Source: Saprolegnia diclina VS20
Taxonomy: Eukaryota
DNA length: 64,000 nucleotides
Direction of reading: 5' to 3'
Assembly: GCF_000281045.1 (NCBI RefSeq)
Contig: NW_008246104.1
Location: 284,557 to 348,556, forward strand
Shown here: piece after piece, positions 34,917-46,631 of the stretch
How the letters are laid out: every line of letters begins with the position of its first letter
Numbering within the stretch: position 1 is the first letter of the stretch
Position numbers and translations under genes: made by a program
The notes under the pieces: generated by a model
What the model was told of the DNA's origin: nothing
Seen by the model: only the letters and a program-made list of their open reading frames with translations
Databases searched by the model: none

Positions 34917-37223
34917 CTTTATGAACTGTGTCGACGTGTTGGAAAGGCAAAGTGAGCGCCTCTACCGAAGTTGCCGTTGGCAATGCCGTGGCTGCGCTTC
35001 GAAGGACGTCTGTAATTAGCCTGTAACTGGAGTCCATGTGGTCCCACATGTCAGAGGTGCACTGTCTACGCACGCGTGGAATCATAGTCATACAGGTTTT
35101 GTATGGCGACGCGATTGAAGGATCCCGAGCGCTGGCTCTTGATTTGGTCCGTGGTACGAGCCATGTGCTTGTCCGCGCTCACTGGCGGTTAACGCTACCC
35201 TTGCAGCACGAACCAACGCTCCGAGCGCGATTGGCAAAAGAAAGGCGGACGAATAGCAGCACGTCGCAGCAAGCGATTACCTCGCTGCGATGAAAATGAC
35301 GGTCGAGACGACGCGATACGAATCAAAGCAGCAAGGGACACGGCGTGATACAACGCCGCAGATGCTGCGCGCATAGGAGAGAGGGCGCGGCAGAAGCGCG
35401 CACCGATCATTGGCCGCAACATACTTGGCGCAAAGTGATTTCTTTTCTCCTCCATTCCTTTGCGCGTCACGAACCGCCGCAGGATCTCTACGGTTACCAC
35501 GTGGCACGCTAGCCAACGAGAAGGCGTCCATCACGGCCACGTCCAAGCACCCACGGTCCGATCAACTAGTTTGAAGCAACGCCGCCAGAACAATCAGAAC
35601 GTCGGACACGCTTTTGTAGTCGTCTTCACGTCGCTACGGCCACAACGTTGAAGAACTTTGGCTTCTACACAAATAGAGTTGCCGCTACGCGGAGGAGCGA
35701 CGACGCATAAGCATCAAGACGCGGAGTGGCAACGTGCCACCAAGCTTGTATGGCGGTAAAACGTTACGTCGTGAACGCTGGCGACTACGAAGATCGTTCC
35801 GGCCATTCGACTCGTGCACGACAAGTGCAAGACTGTGATATGTGAGCAACAATAGAGGAGCTCGTGCAACCGACCGGAAGACCAAGTTTTGACCAGTCTT
35901 CGTACTCGGTGCAACATTGTGCCCTCGCACTGGCTCGAGAACGACCAAGTCTGCTCTACTGACGTGTAGTGGAGTTCAATACCACCCTGCATCACCATCG
36001 AGGCTCGCGAGGATGCCAACCACTGAAGACGCGTCAGTTTGCTTTGCGCTTGAAGCTGGATTTGCTCCTGGCGTTGAATGTTAAAAGCATGTCAAGCATT
36101 GCTGAACATCAACGCCAATTAGAACGTAGTCAAATAGATAGATTGATACTTTAGTACATATAAAGTTGGGATGGATCGCGTTTTCATCACGGTTGCCTTG
36201 GCTAGAAGTGCAATGCGCAAAGGCTTTGGTGCACCACGTATCAGTACCGTTGTAGCAAGCGGAAACGCTCCTTCCCAATATCTGCGTGCCTACAAGAAGA
36301 CAGAGCACCTTGAGGTTACCGGTACTGGGATCCGCCCGCCAGTTACGGTTTGGCTCATCCTACCTCATCCTACCGGTATGCCCAAGACGAGATTGGAAAT
36401 CGCAGTGCGCTCTTGACCTGCTGCAAATAGTGTCCTTCCGTCTTCGTGCTGTTCTGATCTTCTCATTCGCTCACAAAAACCCTCTTTCGCTGCTACTTTT
36501 GTTCTCTGTCTTGAGGACTTGGTGCTTTCGTCTTCATAAAAACAGCTCGATGATCGTATCGCTGCGTTGGATTGGCTGAATAGCACCACAACCACCCCGA
36601 TGAAAGCCATCGCATGTCGACACCGTGGCATCAACGTCTGAAGGCATTGCTCGCCAGCCAGCCATTTGAGGTCTCCCCACCACAGGTGCGTCAAATGCAG
36701 CCGAGTTCTCTTGAGGTTCAACGAGGCATCCTCGACGTTCGAAGATTTCGCAGCCGCCGAATCCTCCGCGTCCGTCGGTACCGAGTACTGTCCAACGACG
36801 ATCGCAGCTAATAGTTGCGCGGCCAAGCGCGCGATGGGTCTGACGCCAGCGCACACGACACAATGGCGCTCTTCCGTGCGAGTACTGTTGCCTCCGATCT
36901 CGATTCTATGGCGCCAAATGCGTGGGACAGTCACCTGACAAGAAAGTGCAATCTGCGCCTGTATTTGGCTTGCAGGCCAACACACCCATATTGCACGTAT
37001 ATTAATATGCGCTATATTGGATAATCGCAAGCTCATTTGTATGCACTATTGCATTAAAATACGCCGATATATTGTGCCAAAATGGATTGAATTACGCGCC
37101 CAAACTTAGGCAGCGACAAAGCGAGGAGTATCCAAATCACGACTGAAGAACGGCCGATACCGGTACCGGTAGACGACGACGTCGTCGTCAGCACACCTCG
37201 TTTGTCCCTAGTATTACAAAAGC

Positions 37224-38608
37224 ATGGCGCTACCCGAGTTCACGCCGCGCCCGCTCACGGCCGCGGACCGCGCGCACTTCCGCGCCCAGGCGACGCACGC
37301 CATGAGCCTCCTCGTGCAGTCGATCAAGCTCGTCGCGAAAGGCAATGTCGTCGTCATCGACCGCGTCGGCGACCGTGGACAGCCCAAGTCGACGCTCACG
37401 CAGGCGCGTGTGTCGATGCCGGGCGCGCTCGATGACGTCTCGGCCTTCTACCTCGGGACGCTCGACAAGCCCGAGCAGTACTGCAACCAGATGCGGTACG
37501 ACAGCACCAAGCCTATCTACAACCTCGTGCCGCGGACGCCCAACCACCCGAACCGGTACATGGGTCTGCGCTGGAACGCGTACGCAACGCCGGTGCTCTG
37601 CCGTCCCCGCGATCTCTTTGTGCTCGAGGTATATAGCAGTGTGTGTGTGTTTCTGGCGCCATGCTGACTCTTGTCCAACTAGTACTTTGACGAGTTTGTC
37701 GACGACCAAGGCCGCCGCGGCTGGGCGCGCTGCATCCAGTCCGTCGAGCACTCATCGTGCCCGAGCGTCCCGGGGTATGTCCGCGCGACGGCTCGCACGT
37801 CGGGCTTTGTGGCGCTCGAGAGCGTCGTGCCCGGCGTCGTCGACTTTTTTGTGATTCTCGACGTCGACTTTGGCGGCCACTTGTCGTCGTGGGTCCGCAA
37901 GATGATCTTGGCAAAGCAAATGCGCACGGTAAGCATCATCCGCGTTGCAACACACATCCGACTGAATGGGTAGATTCACCTACTCGAAGAGCATTTGAGC
38001 TCCATCGTGCAAGACAGCCCCGCGCTGCGTTACTTTCGCGAATGCCGAAAGCTCAGCGAGCCCCAACCGCGCATTACAAGCTTGAAGACGATCATGAAGC
38101 AACGCTACTCAACGACAATGTCCGAGCCCGCGGGACCGGAAGAGCGCTCGTTCGGGTCGGCCCAAAGCTCGTGGTCGCTGCGCCAGGCCAAGGAAATGGA
38201 CTGGAACCTCGCGATGCCTGCCGAGTGCTTTGTGTGCCGCACGCTGCTTCGCGCCGGCGCGCCAACGACGTGCGCCACGTGTAAAAAGGTACAAAATACT
38301 TGCAAGCGACGACATTGACCATCGAGTGCAGACGGCCTGTGCCGAGTGCTGTCGCCCCAACAGCGAGCCGCGCCAATGCCTCGTGTGCGCCGAGAAGAAC
38401 GACGACGGACGTCCACTCCGGCGCATGACGCCCCAGCACGCGCAAGTGTACACGCGCTCGTCCACGTCCAGTGTGTCGCAGCAATGTACGCACCCGTGCT
38501 TTGTACACGAAAGCTCACACCTGACGCGTAGGCACGACGCCTGGCCGTGTGCCGACCCGAGGACACCGCCGGGATCCCATCGACCTCTCGTACCTCAATC
38601 GTCTCTAA
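37224..38608 (+). CDS. START-like domain plus FYVE/RING-like Cys finger protein, multi-exon
   Basis: HPNRYMGLRW...RPRDL.VLE/YFDEF.D..GRRGWARCIQSVEH..CP; CFVC...CATC/.CAECC...CLVC; final exon ...DPIDLSYLNRL*. Confidence 0.7.
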
Positions 38609-39205
38609 GCGGGGCTGCCTCGGCGCGGTCGAGGAAGGGATTGTATATTTAACATCAGCATGCATCGTCATTGCGTATTTTCCAGCGGAAACTAGTCCTC
38701 TTGATGGTGCGATCGTCTGGACTGCAGTAGTGTAAGCAGCTCTTACTCAATAGACAAGGCCGTGGAGACGACCTCATGGCTTGAAGCCGCAACGAGCTGC
38801 CGCAACGACAAGCGCCCGAAAGCATCCAAGAAGGAGCTGGCAATCACCCAACTGCGGGTGCTGGTGTATACTCAGTAGTGATAGGGCCAGCCCCGATCAT
38901 AGAGACACGGTGCGAAGCTCGTGCGATGCGCGAGGGCAGACCCAAATCGAACGGTCGTGTGTGTGGCGGCTGCATAGACGGGCAGAGGCAGCCAACACTG
39001 ACGCTCAGAAAATAGAGCCGTTCGAAATTTTCAGCCAATCAGACGCCGTCACGGACTGAAATTGGCGCGCTTTCCTGGAGCCAAGGCGCCGCCAGCGAGG
39101 ACGCATCGACGACCCACTACAATTACCGGTAGCTAGGACGACAAACGACTAGTTGCATATACACTGTATTATAGTTCCACACAGGTTCTACATCGATAGT
39201 ACGAT

Positions 39206-40343
39206 CTACAGGCCGAGCAAGTACTTAATGCCTGCCGTGCCCATGCCACCGGCAAAGATGAAGGGCACGACAAGCCAGGACGAGGCCATGAGCATTGCCG
39301 TGCCAGAGAAGCCGTGGCCGGACGTGCAGCCGCACGCAGTGCTCGCACCAAACGCAATCATGACGCCACCAATGATCGAGGGTAGCGTCGACGGCATCGG
39401 CCCCGCGGCTTCGAGTGGCGTGCCAGAGATGAGCGACCCGCCGACAATACCGAGTGCAAAGAGCACTTGAAGCGCCGCGCTCGAGCGCGGGAGCGAGAGC
39501 CACGACGGGTTGCCGACGACGTGCGAGAGGCCGGCGACGGCCTCGCCGAGGATATACTTCATAGCGGCCGAGACACCGAGCGACTTGCGCACGATGAACG
39601 CCAGCGGCAGCTGGAGCGCACCGACGACTGCACCAGCAATGCACGGGTACCACGCCGAGAGCGCGACCGGCTCACGCACAATAAACTCCAAGGCGACTGA
39701 AAACCCGACGCAGGCCACGCCGAGGAGCGTCTGCAGGAGCGGGCTCACCGGCAGCGTCGACGAGATCTTGGACCGGGTCGCTTCCCACTTGGCAATCTGC
39801 AGAATGTAAACTTAGCACAAGAAAGAAGTGCGAAAGGTGGTGTACCGGCGCGCGGAGGATCATAGCCAACAGAGTACCAATGACGGTGCCACCAAAGCAC
39901 GCGGGTGCCGACGCGATCTGGGCGCCGAGCTGGACGTACACCGTGCCGGGGCACGAGCCGCTGATGGTCATGCCCGCGCCGAGGATCGTCGCACCGACGA
40001 CGAGGACGGTCGAGGTGCTCGGGCTGGACGCGCGCGCGGCTTGCATCTTTTCAAACTCGCTGGGCTGCGCGATGCGGAAGATGGCCTTGGCGATGAGCGA
40101 CGTGCCAAGCGCGGCCATGAAGAGCTTCATCATCGTAAAGCGCTGAAAGGCCATTTGGTCCATAATGACAAACGGCAAATAGACTTGGGCCTTGTTCATC
40201 GCAAAGCCAAAGACGAGACCGGTCGAGAGGACGGTGACGCCCGACACGACGCGGCGACCGACCGACGTCGAGGTCTCGCTACCGGTCTTGAGACGATCCG
40301 ACTCCATCAAATTCGCGTCCATTTTGAAAATGCGCGAGTGCAT
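39206..40343 (-). CDS. YeeE/YedE (DUF395) sulfur-compound transporter, copy A (2 exons)
   Basis: FGFAMNK..V..P..I..QM.F, GAGMTISGSCPG, GCTSGHG.SG; 49-nt intron 39797-39845 joins the two ORFs in frame. Confidence 0.85.
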
Positions 40344-40960
40344 TTTTGATGTGAAAAAAAAGACACCAAATAGACACTGTGGGCGCTCGCGATCGAACTA
40401 CAGTTCTACTTGGTTTCGTCAACCGGGATGACCAGGAAGGCCTGTCTACATGCTACGACAGCCGCAATCCACATGCTGCTAGTAGCCTCGTGGCATAGTG
40501 CCAACCGTCGATCGATGCCCGCGCGCACGCACATCTCCTGGTCGTCCAGGACATCCTCCTCATCACAGTTGGTGCTGCTAACATGGTCGTTGCGTCATCT
40601 TTGGCGATACGTGATCGAGCTTACACGCGTGGAACAGGCGGCGTCTAGTACCCAGGTATACGTACCGTACCGTGTCATTGACGTGTGCAAAGTCAGAGAC
40701 ACGAGCACGACACGGCGACTCGTACATGCACCGGTGCCATTTTAGTACAGATGCGCCGTCCGAATCGAGCAGAACACCAACTAGTACTCGTAGCGAGGAG
40801 GTACTCTGCCAAGGTGAAGGTTGTGGCGCTATACTCCATTACGTCCTCCTCCATCCAGCTTGCGTCGCTCATCGGTGGTGGCATCCGGGTCGTTGAGTAG
40901 CCTTAAAAATGAGTTTTGGTCTAGTGGGTGGGGTATGAAGTCGAGTAGTCTCTGCGCTCT

Positions 40961-42733
40961 TTACTCGGCGACCGCTTGGAATCGCAGCATGACGGGCTTG
41001 GCGATGTTGCGCAGCACCTTGGTTGTGTTGTCAAAGCCGAGGTCCACGGCCTTCATCGAGCCAATTTCGACAAGGACGTCGCCGACAGCAACGCGGCGCA
41101 GGCCCGCACACGTGCTCCGGCCCGTCTTGCGCGTCACAACAGGCACGGGGCCCTTGTCGGTCGTGAGCTCCTTGACCGTGAGCCCGAACGGACCGTCGCT
41201 CCACGTGACAGCGTACATGCTGGCTTCGTCGAGAGTGAGGGCAGGCGGGGCGACCGAGCTTCGCTGGGAGACCGTGTCGTCGTACGTCGCGTCGGCGCGC
41301 GCGAGGCGGAAGCGCAGCGTCGCGGGCTTGGGCACCGACTTGATGACTTCCATGGCCTTTTCAAACCCAAGGTCGGCGCACACACGGTCATTGATCATGA
41401 TGAGCTCGTCGCCGGGATGCACGAGCTTGAGGTGCGGCGAGTGCCCGCGACCCGTGAGCCGCTTGACGTACGGCAGCTCCGCCGACGTGACGCCCATCGT
41501 CATCCCGAGGCTGCCTTCTTCCCAGTAAAATTCGTACTCGCCTTCGAGCACTGGCGGCAAGACCGGGCCGGACTTGACCGCCTCCGCGTCGGTGCCCGCA
41601 CGCTTGAAGCGCATGATGAGCGGCTTCTTGAGGTCCTTGAGCATGCCCATTAGCGCCGGCATTTTAAACTCGCGCGTCGCGTTCGCGTTGATGTAGAGCA
41701 GCGTGTCGCCTTCCTTGACGACGCGCGCGGCCGCCGAGACGTTGGACGAGACGCGCTTCACGATCGGCATCCGGTTCGCTGGGTCCTCGACGAGCACGAG
41801 GCCGAGCGACCCGCCTTCCCAGTTGAAGTCGTACTCGTTCCGCCGACGCGGCGGCATCATGCGCACATCGAACTCTTCGTCGCACTCTTCCGAGATGTCC
41901 GTGTTGGTCAGCGACGCCCGCCGCTTGCGCTCGTCGTGGCGGTAGCTCTGCCGGCCGCCGACCGTCGACGGCTCGCTGTACTCGCTGAACGACGACGACG
42001 TTGTCGACGAGGCGTACGAGGACGGGACCTTGTGTCGCTGCGGTGGCGCAAATGCCGGTTCGGCGTAGGGCTGTTGTTGTTGTGGTTGTTGCGGGTACGG
42101 CTGCAGCTGTTGCTGCATCTGCCCGTGGCGGTGCGAGTCGCGGCCACTGCCGGCCTCGAGCTGCTGCCGTTGGGCACGTAGCCGATGTTGCAAGTCTTGC
42201 ACAGTCGGTGGCGGCGCCGTCGCATTTGGTCGGGCGTGCCGAGACGTTGCGTGCGGCGCCGGCGGTGGCTGCCGGCTGTGCGCCGGTTGATGTGATGGCG
42301 GTTGCTGGTACTCATGGTGTGCTTGCGACGGCGGCTCTTGCTGGTAGTACTGCTGGTGCGTCGGCGGCGTCTGGTGGTACTGCTGCTGGTGCGTAGGCGG
42401 TGCTTGACGATGGTGCGGTGGCGCGTGCTGGTGGTTCGGTGGCGCCTGGTGGTACTGCTGCTGCTGGTGCGTCGGCGGCGGGTGGCGGTAGTGTTGCTGA
42501 TGTGACGGCGGTTGCTGGTATTGCTGAGGCGCAACGTACTGGTGCTGTGGCTGCTGCGGCCGCGGTGGCGCATGCTGCTGCTGAGGTTGCTGTTGCGCCG
42601 GCGACTGGCGCGCATGGTTGTAGTCGTAGATGGGCGATCGGCCTTGAGGCTGTCGGCCGGGCGCGCCCCCGTTGGTCTGGTTTGCGAGCCGCAGCTTGAG
42701 CTGCTCCATGCGCTGGCCGACCTCGTCCGTCAT
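40961..42733 (-). CDS. Triple PDZ-domain protein with Gln/Pro/His-rich N-terminus (intronless)
   Basis: Three repeats of Y..(W)..G(S/P)(L/F)G(L/M)...P.V.R...V..GD.L..I......KP..(L/M)RF. Confidence 0.85.
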   Translation of the reverse strand: MTDEVGQRMEQLKLRLANQTNGGAPGRQPQGRSPIYDYNHARQSPAQQQPQQQHAPPRPQQPQHQYVAPQQYQQPPSHQQHYRHPPPTHQQQQYHQAPPNHQHAPPHHRQAPPTHQQQYHQTPPTHQQYYQQEPPSQAHHEYQQPPSHQPAHSRQPPPAPHATSRHARPNATAPPPTVQDLQHRLRAQRQQLEAGSGRDSHRHGQMQQQLQPYPQQPQQQQPYAEPAFAPPQRHKVPSSYASSTTSSSFSEYSEPSTVGGRQSYRHDERKRRASLTNTDISEECDEEFDVRMMPPRRRNEYDFNWEGGSLGLVLVEDPANRMPIVKRVSSNVSAAARVVKEGDTLLYINANATREFKMPALMGMLKDLKKPLIMRFKRAGTDAEAVKSGPVLPPVLEGEYEFYWEEGSLGMTMGVTSAELPYVKRLTGRGHSPHLKLVHPGDELIMINDRVCADLGFEKAMEVIKSVPKPATLRFRLARADATYDDTVSQRSSVAPPALTLDEASMYAVTWSDGPFGLTVKELTTDKGPVPVVTRKTGRSTCAGLRRVAVGDVLVEIGSMKAVDLGFDNTTKVLRNIAKPVMLRFQAVAE

Positions 42734-43416
42734 GACCTTGGTCTTCGGGGCTCTCTTTGCAATTGCGTTACGGGACGTCTTTGTATTCAGTCCTTGACTA
42801 TCCGGATACATGTCCGCGCGGCGCTAATTATGGCGTCGCACGCTGCATCTTTGCCAATTCTCGCTTAATTATGGCGATGTGCCATTTTTAGAGCGGATTT
42901 TAGTATAAGCAGCGCTCCGTTACCAACCACGCCCTCAATACAAATACCGTAAGCCTCGAGATCAAGTTGACAATCCACCCCACCTCGCTGACATCGCTCC
43001 CGTCGCTGCCAATGCTTTCAACGGCCATCGCTCGAAGCCCCAATGCTGGCCCAGCGTCGCACTTCGACCTGGTCTTGGCTCCGTACAGTACATGTCCTTG
43101 GCGTTGCAGTACACCCCGTGGCGACGTTGCACTGCAACACACACGAGCGTACAGTGTAGGGCACCCAGCCAGCGCGATTACTTCGACGCTTTGGCACCGT
43201 GGCGCGCACGACGGCGCGATGGCGTCACAGAGAGTCACGTGCATGTAGAAGAGCCTCGAGATCGCCGACGCCGGTGAATGGCCACAACCATTCGAAGTCG
43301 AACCTTGGCCACCGCCGAGGTAGAGCTGGTACTCTAGTCGAGTGGTATGTGGGGCAACGCATGTGATGCAGACGATGGATAGTAGTTTGTACGAAATGGA
43401 CTTGAACGAATGACAG

Positions 43417-44550
43417 TTAGAGAACATACTCGAGCGCAGCCGTCGACATGCCGCCGAGAAAAATGGACGGGAGCACGAGCCAGGACGAGCTCATTAGCAT
43501 GGCGGTGCCCGAGAGGCCGTGGCCGGATGTGCACCCGCCGGCGAGGCTCGCACCAAACGCAATGAGCGCGCCGCCGATAATCGAGCGGAGCGTGCTCGGT
43601 GCGTAGACGGCAGCTGCTTCCGGCGACGTCGCAGCATAGGACCCGGCGAGAATCCCAAGAATAAAGATCGCTTGCGATATGTCCGAGAAGCGGGGCAGCC
43701 ACGACACTGTCGACTTGCCCATCGCGCTGCAGACAACGCTTGAGACTTCGCCGAGCGCAATCTTCATGCCGGCCGAGGCGCCGAGCGACTTGTGGAGAAG
43801 AAGCGCCATGGGCAGCTGGAGCGCGCCCACCACCGCGCCGGCCACGCTCGGGCGCCACGACTCGATGGACAGGTGTTCAGGGACAACAACTTCGAGAAGG
43901 GTTGCCAGAGAGAGACACGTCAGGCCGAGAAGCGCCTGCGACAACGGGCCAAAGGGCATTGTCGTCGCTACCTTGGGCTTGTCGGCTTGCCAATCCGCGA
44001 TCTACAGAAGACAGAAAAGCATGAGTTGGGGAGTTGGTAGACTCAAGCGACACGTACGCGGAAGCGAAGGGTGCCGGCGACAAACGTGCCGAGTGCAGTA
44101 CCCGCGAGGCACGCAAGCGCCGACGGCAGCTGTGCGCCGAGCTGGACGTACACCGACCCGGGGCACGAGCCGCTAACGGTCATGCCCGCACCGAGAAGGA
44201 CGCCGCCGAGCACGAGCACGGTCGACGTGCTCGGGTTGCTTGCACGGCTGGCTTGCATACGCTGGAACGTCTCGGGTTGCAAGATGCGAAATATTGCTTT
44301 CGACACAAACGACATGCCCAGCGCGCCGACAAACATCTTCATCATCGTGAACCGCTGAAAGCCCATTTGCTCCATGATGACGAGCGGAAGGTACACTTGG
44401 CCCTATTTTGAATATTCCCTTAGAAGGTCGACGAACGCGCCAAATTACCTTGTTCATGGCAAAACCAAAGGCCGCGCCGGTCGAGAGAAGCACGACGGTG
44501 TGACGTGGCGGCGGCAGCGACGGGTTCAGAGTGGCGCTTGTGGTTTTCAT
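43417..44550 (-). CDS. YeeE/YedE (DUF395) sulfur-compound transporter, copy B (3 exons)
   Basis: Close paralogue of 39206-40343 (GSCPG, GGCTSGHGLSG); introns 44403-44448 and about 44002-44057. Confidence 0.85.
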
Positions 44551-45210
44551 CGTAATTCGAAAGATGCTAATACGTACCAGCGTCCAGCGGTGAAGACGCC
44601 AAGAGGTTGCGTGGGTGGCAGCGCTACGTCATCGCAATTACCGGTGGCAGCTGCCGTCATGGACCACCACGAGATGGCGCGCCAAGTGTCGATCGCGCCG
44701 ATCGAGCCAATCACACGCGCTCGAATTCAAGTTCAAGTCGGGATTGCGTCATCTTTGGACCACGGGATTCGCCTATCAACCCTGAGGTCGAGAAAGCGCT
44801 GTCCACCGTGCGCCAGAAGAGAAGACCGTGCACCCGAGCCAAGGTACTTGCTTGATTGTCGTCTCCTGTTCACGTGGGGGTTGAACCACATGTACTTGGT
44901 CGCCCATGACACAGTGCAAATATGAACGACTTCCACAATGGACGAGGCAAAGGACTGCAGCTATGGACATTAATCTCGCGCCGCGAATATGCGCTTCGCT
45001 GTCTCAAAGGGCCACATGGATGCAGGAAGCTACGACGCGTCCATGTGCTCGAGTCCCTCCATATTCGACGCCGATCGTCTTGGATGTCATTCTATTGCGT
45101 TGTCCGCTTCACTACGTCATCGCCATTACGTGTTGAAGTCGAATCTAAAAATAGAAATTAGAAGCTTGGTTCGATATATCTATGACATTATTGTCACCCT
45201 CTTGAAGCAG

Positions 45211-45274
45211 GGTCGGGGTTAAGATCGTAGAGCGTACACGGTCGGGGTTAAGAGCGTAGAGCGTGCAGGGTCGG
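45211..45274. repeat. 29-bp tandem repeat, about 2.2 copies
   Basis: GGTCGGGGTTAAGATCGTAGAGCGTACAC / GGTCGGGGTTAAGAGCGTAGAGCGTGCAG / GGTCGG. Confidence 0.85.
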
Positions 45275-45517
45275 ACGATCAAGCAGAACATGTTATTCGA
45301 GGACCTCCATGCTGGTCCATCGCGATCGACGGGCGCGTCTCTAGCGCCGGCGAACGCACACGAAGGTCGACGCGAGAGAGGTCGCTCGTCTCAGTGATAC
45401 ATGCCCGCACTGGCTGTCGCTGATCGGTGATGAACGCAAACGTCGTTATCCGCAAGCTTCAACCACGCGCGTTTACGTAGCCCTGTATTTTTATTTTGTT
45501 GGCTTCCACAACACACG

Positions 45518-46225
45518 ATGCATCGCCTCCTTCCGCACCTGTTGCCACCGGCGCATGCGGCAGTGCCCCTCGATGTGCTCCTCGACATGACCTCGGGCGA
45601 CGACGAGTCCATCAACGAGGCCGACCTTCTGGGCCCCGCGACGCCACTGGACTTCCTGGATTTAGACGCGACCAAGAGCCGGCGCCTCTGTCGAGCGACC
45701 GGCTGCGAGAAGCGATCGCGCTCCCACGGTTTGTGCATCGCGCACGGAGGCGGGCGTCGCTGCGCCGCCGACGGCTGCCCGCGGTCGAGCCAAGGTGGCA
45801 ACTTTTGCATCAAGCATGGCGGTGGCAAGCGCTGCAAGATCCAAGGGTGCAACAAAGCGGCCCAGTCGGCGATGCTGTGCAAAGCCCATGGCGGCGGCCC
45901 GCGCTGCGCAGCGCCCAACTGCCAACGAAGCTCCCAAGGAGGCGGCCACTGCCGATCGCATGGCGGTGGCAAGCGATGCTCCGTCGAGGGCTGTGAGAAA
46001 GGCGCCCAGCGCGGCCAGTTTTGTACGCTCCACGGCGGCTCGCGGCTCTGCGTCGTGCTCGGCTGCATGCGCAACGACCGCGGTGGCGGCCTCTGCGCGA
46101 CGCACGGAGGCGGCAAGCGCTGTTCAGTTGATTCGTGCGCCCGTCCGTGTCGGCGACAGGGCCTCTGCGCCATGCACCTTCGCCTCGCAGGCCCAAGTGC
46201 TCCGACGACACCTCAATTAAAGTAG
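45518..46225 (+). CDS. WRKY19-like C-x4-C...C-x2-HGGG zinc-finger repeat protein
   Basis: Seven tandem ~24-aa repeats C...GC.....G.C..HGG(G)..R. Confidence 0.85.
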   Translation: MHRLLPHLLPPAHAAVPLDVLLDMTSGDDESINEADLLGPATPLDFLDLDATKSRRLCRATGCEKRSRSHGLCIAHGGGRRCAADGCPRSSQGGNFCIKHGGGKRCKIQGCNKAAQSAMLCKAHGGGPRCAAPNCQRSSQGGGHCRSHGGGKRCSVEGCEKGAQRGQFCTLHGGSRLCVVLGCMRNDRGGGLCATHGGGKRCSVDSCARPCRRQGLCAMHLRLAGPSAPTTPQLK

Positions 46226-46631
46226 TATATATGTATTAACGTTCTTAGTCGTAGCAACGCAACACGGACAACTTGTCGTCTCGCTGCTCCGAACGCTGAA
46301 GGCATGGCCGCGGCGCGACCTTGGGCGGTGGTCATCAGGACCGCGTCACGGGTTGATCGTAATCCAGTGGTTTACTGGGCGGCTAATGACCGGCTTTTCG
46401 GTAATCGGAGCGTTTACTCGCTGCCGAGACAAGCCATGTTGCGACGAACGTCATGACGTAGGTACTGCGGTGATGTCGACAAGTGTCGTGGCAGGAGTTG
46501 CGACGGCAACCCCAACCCCAAATGGAGCACTTGCATAACCTAGTGTTTACAACCCTAAAATCGACAAAATGTCTTGCAATACCCGTAGCTTGTTTCGATT
46601 AATCCTATAATGATCCAACATGCTCGATGGA

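Noticed and set aside
42900..45200. Ankyrin-like fragments in the intergenic parts (e.g. AVSKGHMD near 45000)
   Set aside because: Too short and fragmented to distinguish from chance.
45211..45274. CRISPR-like or telomeric interpretation of the short repeats (also 56683-56726, and CCCTA motifs near 2805 and 46553)
   Set aside because: Direct tandem copies without spacers in a eukaryote; telomere-like words occur only once or twice.
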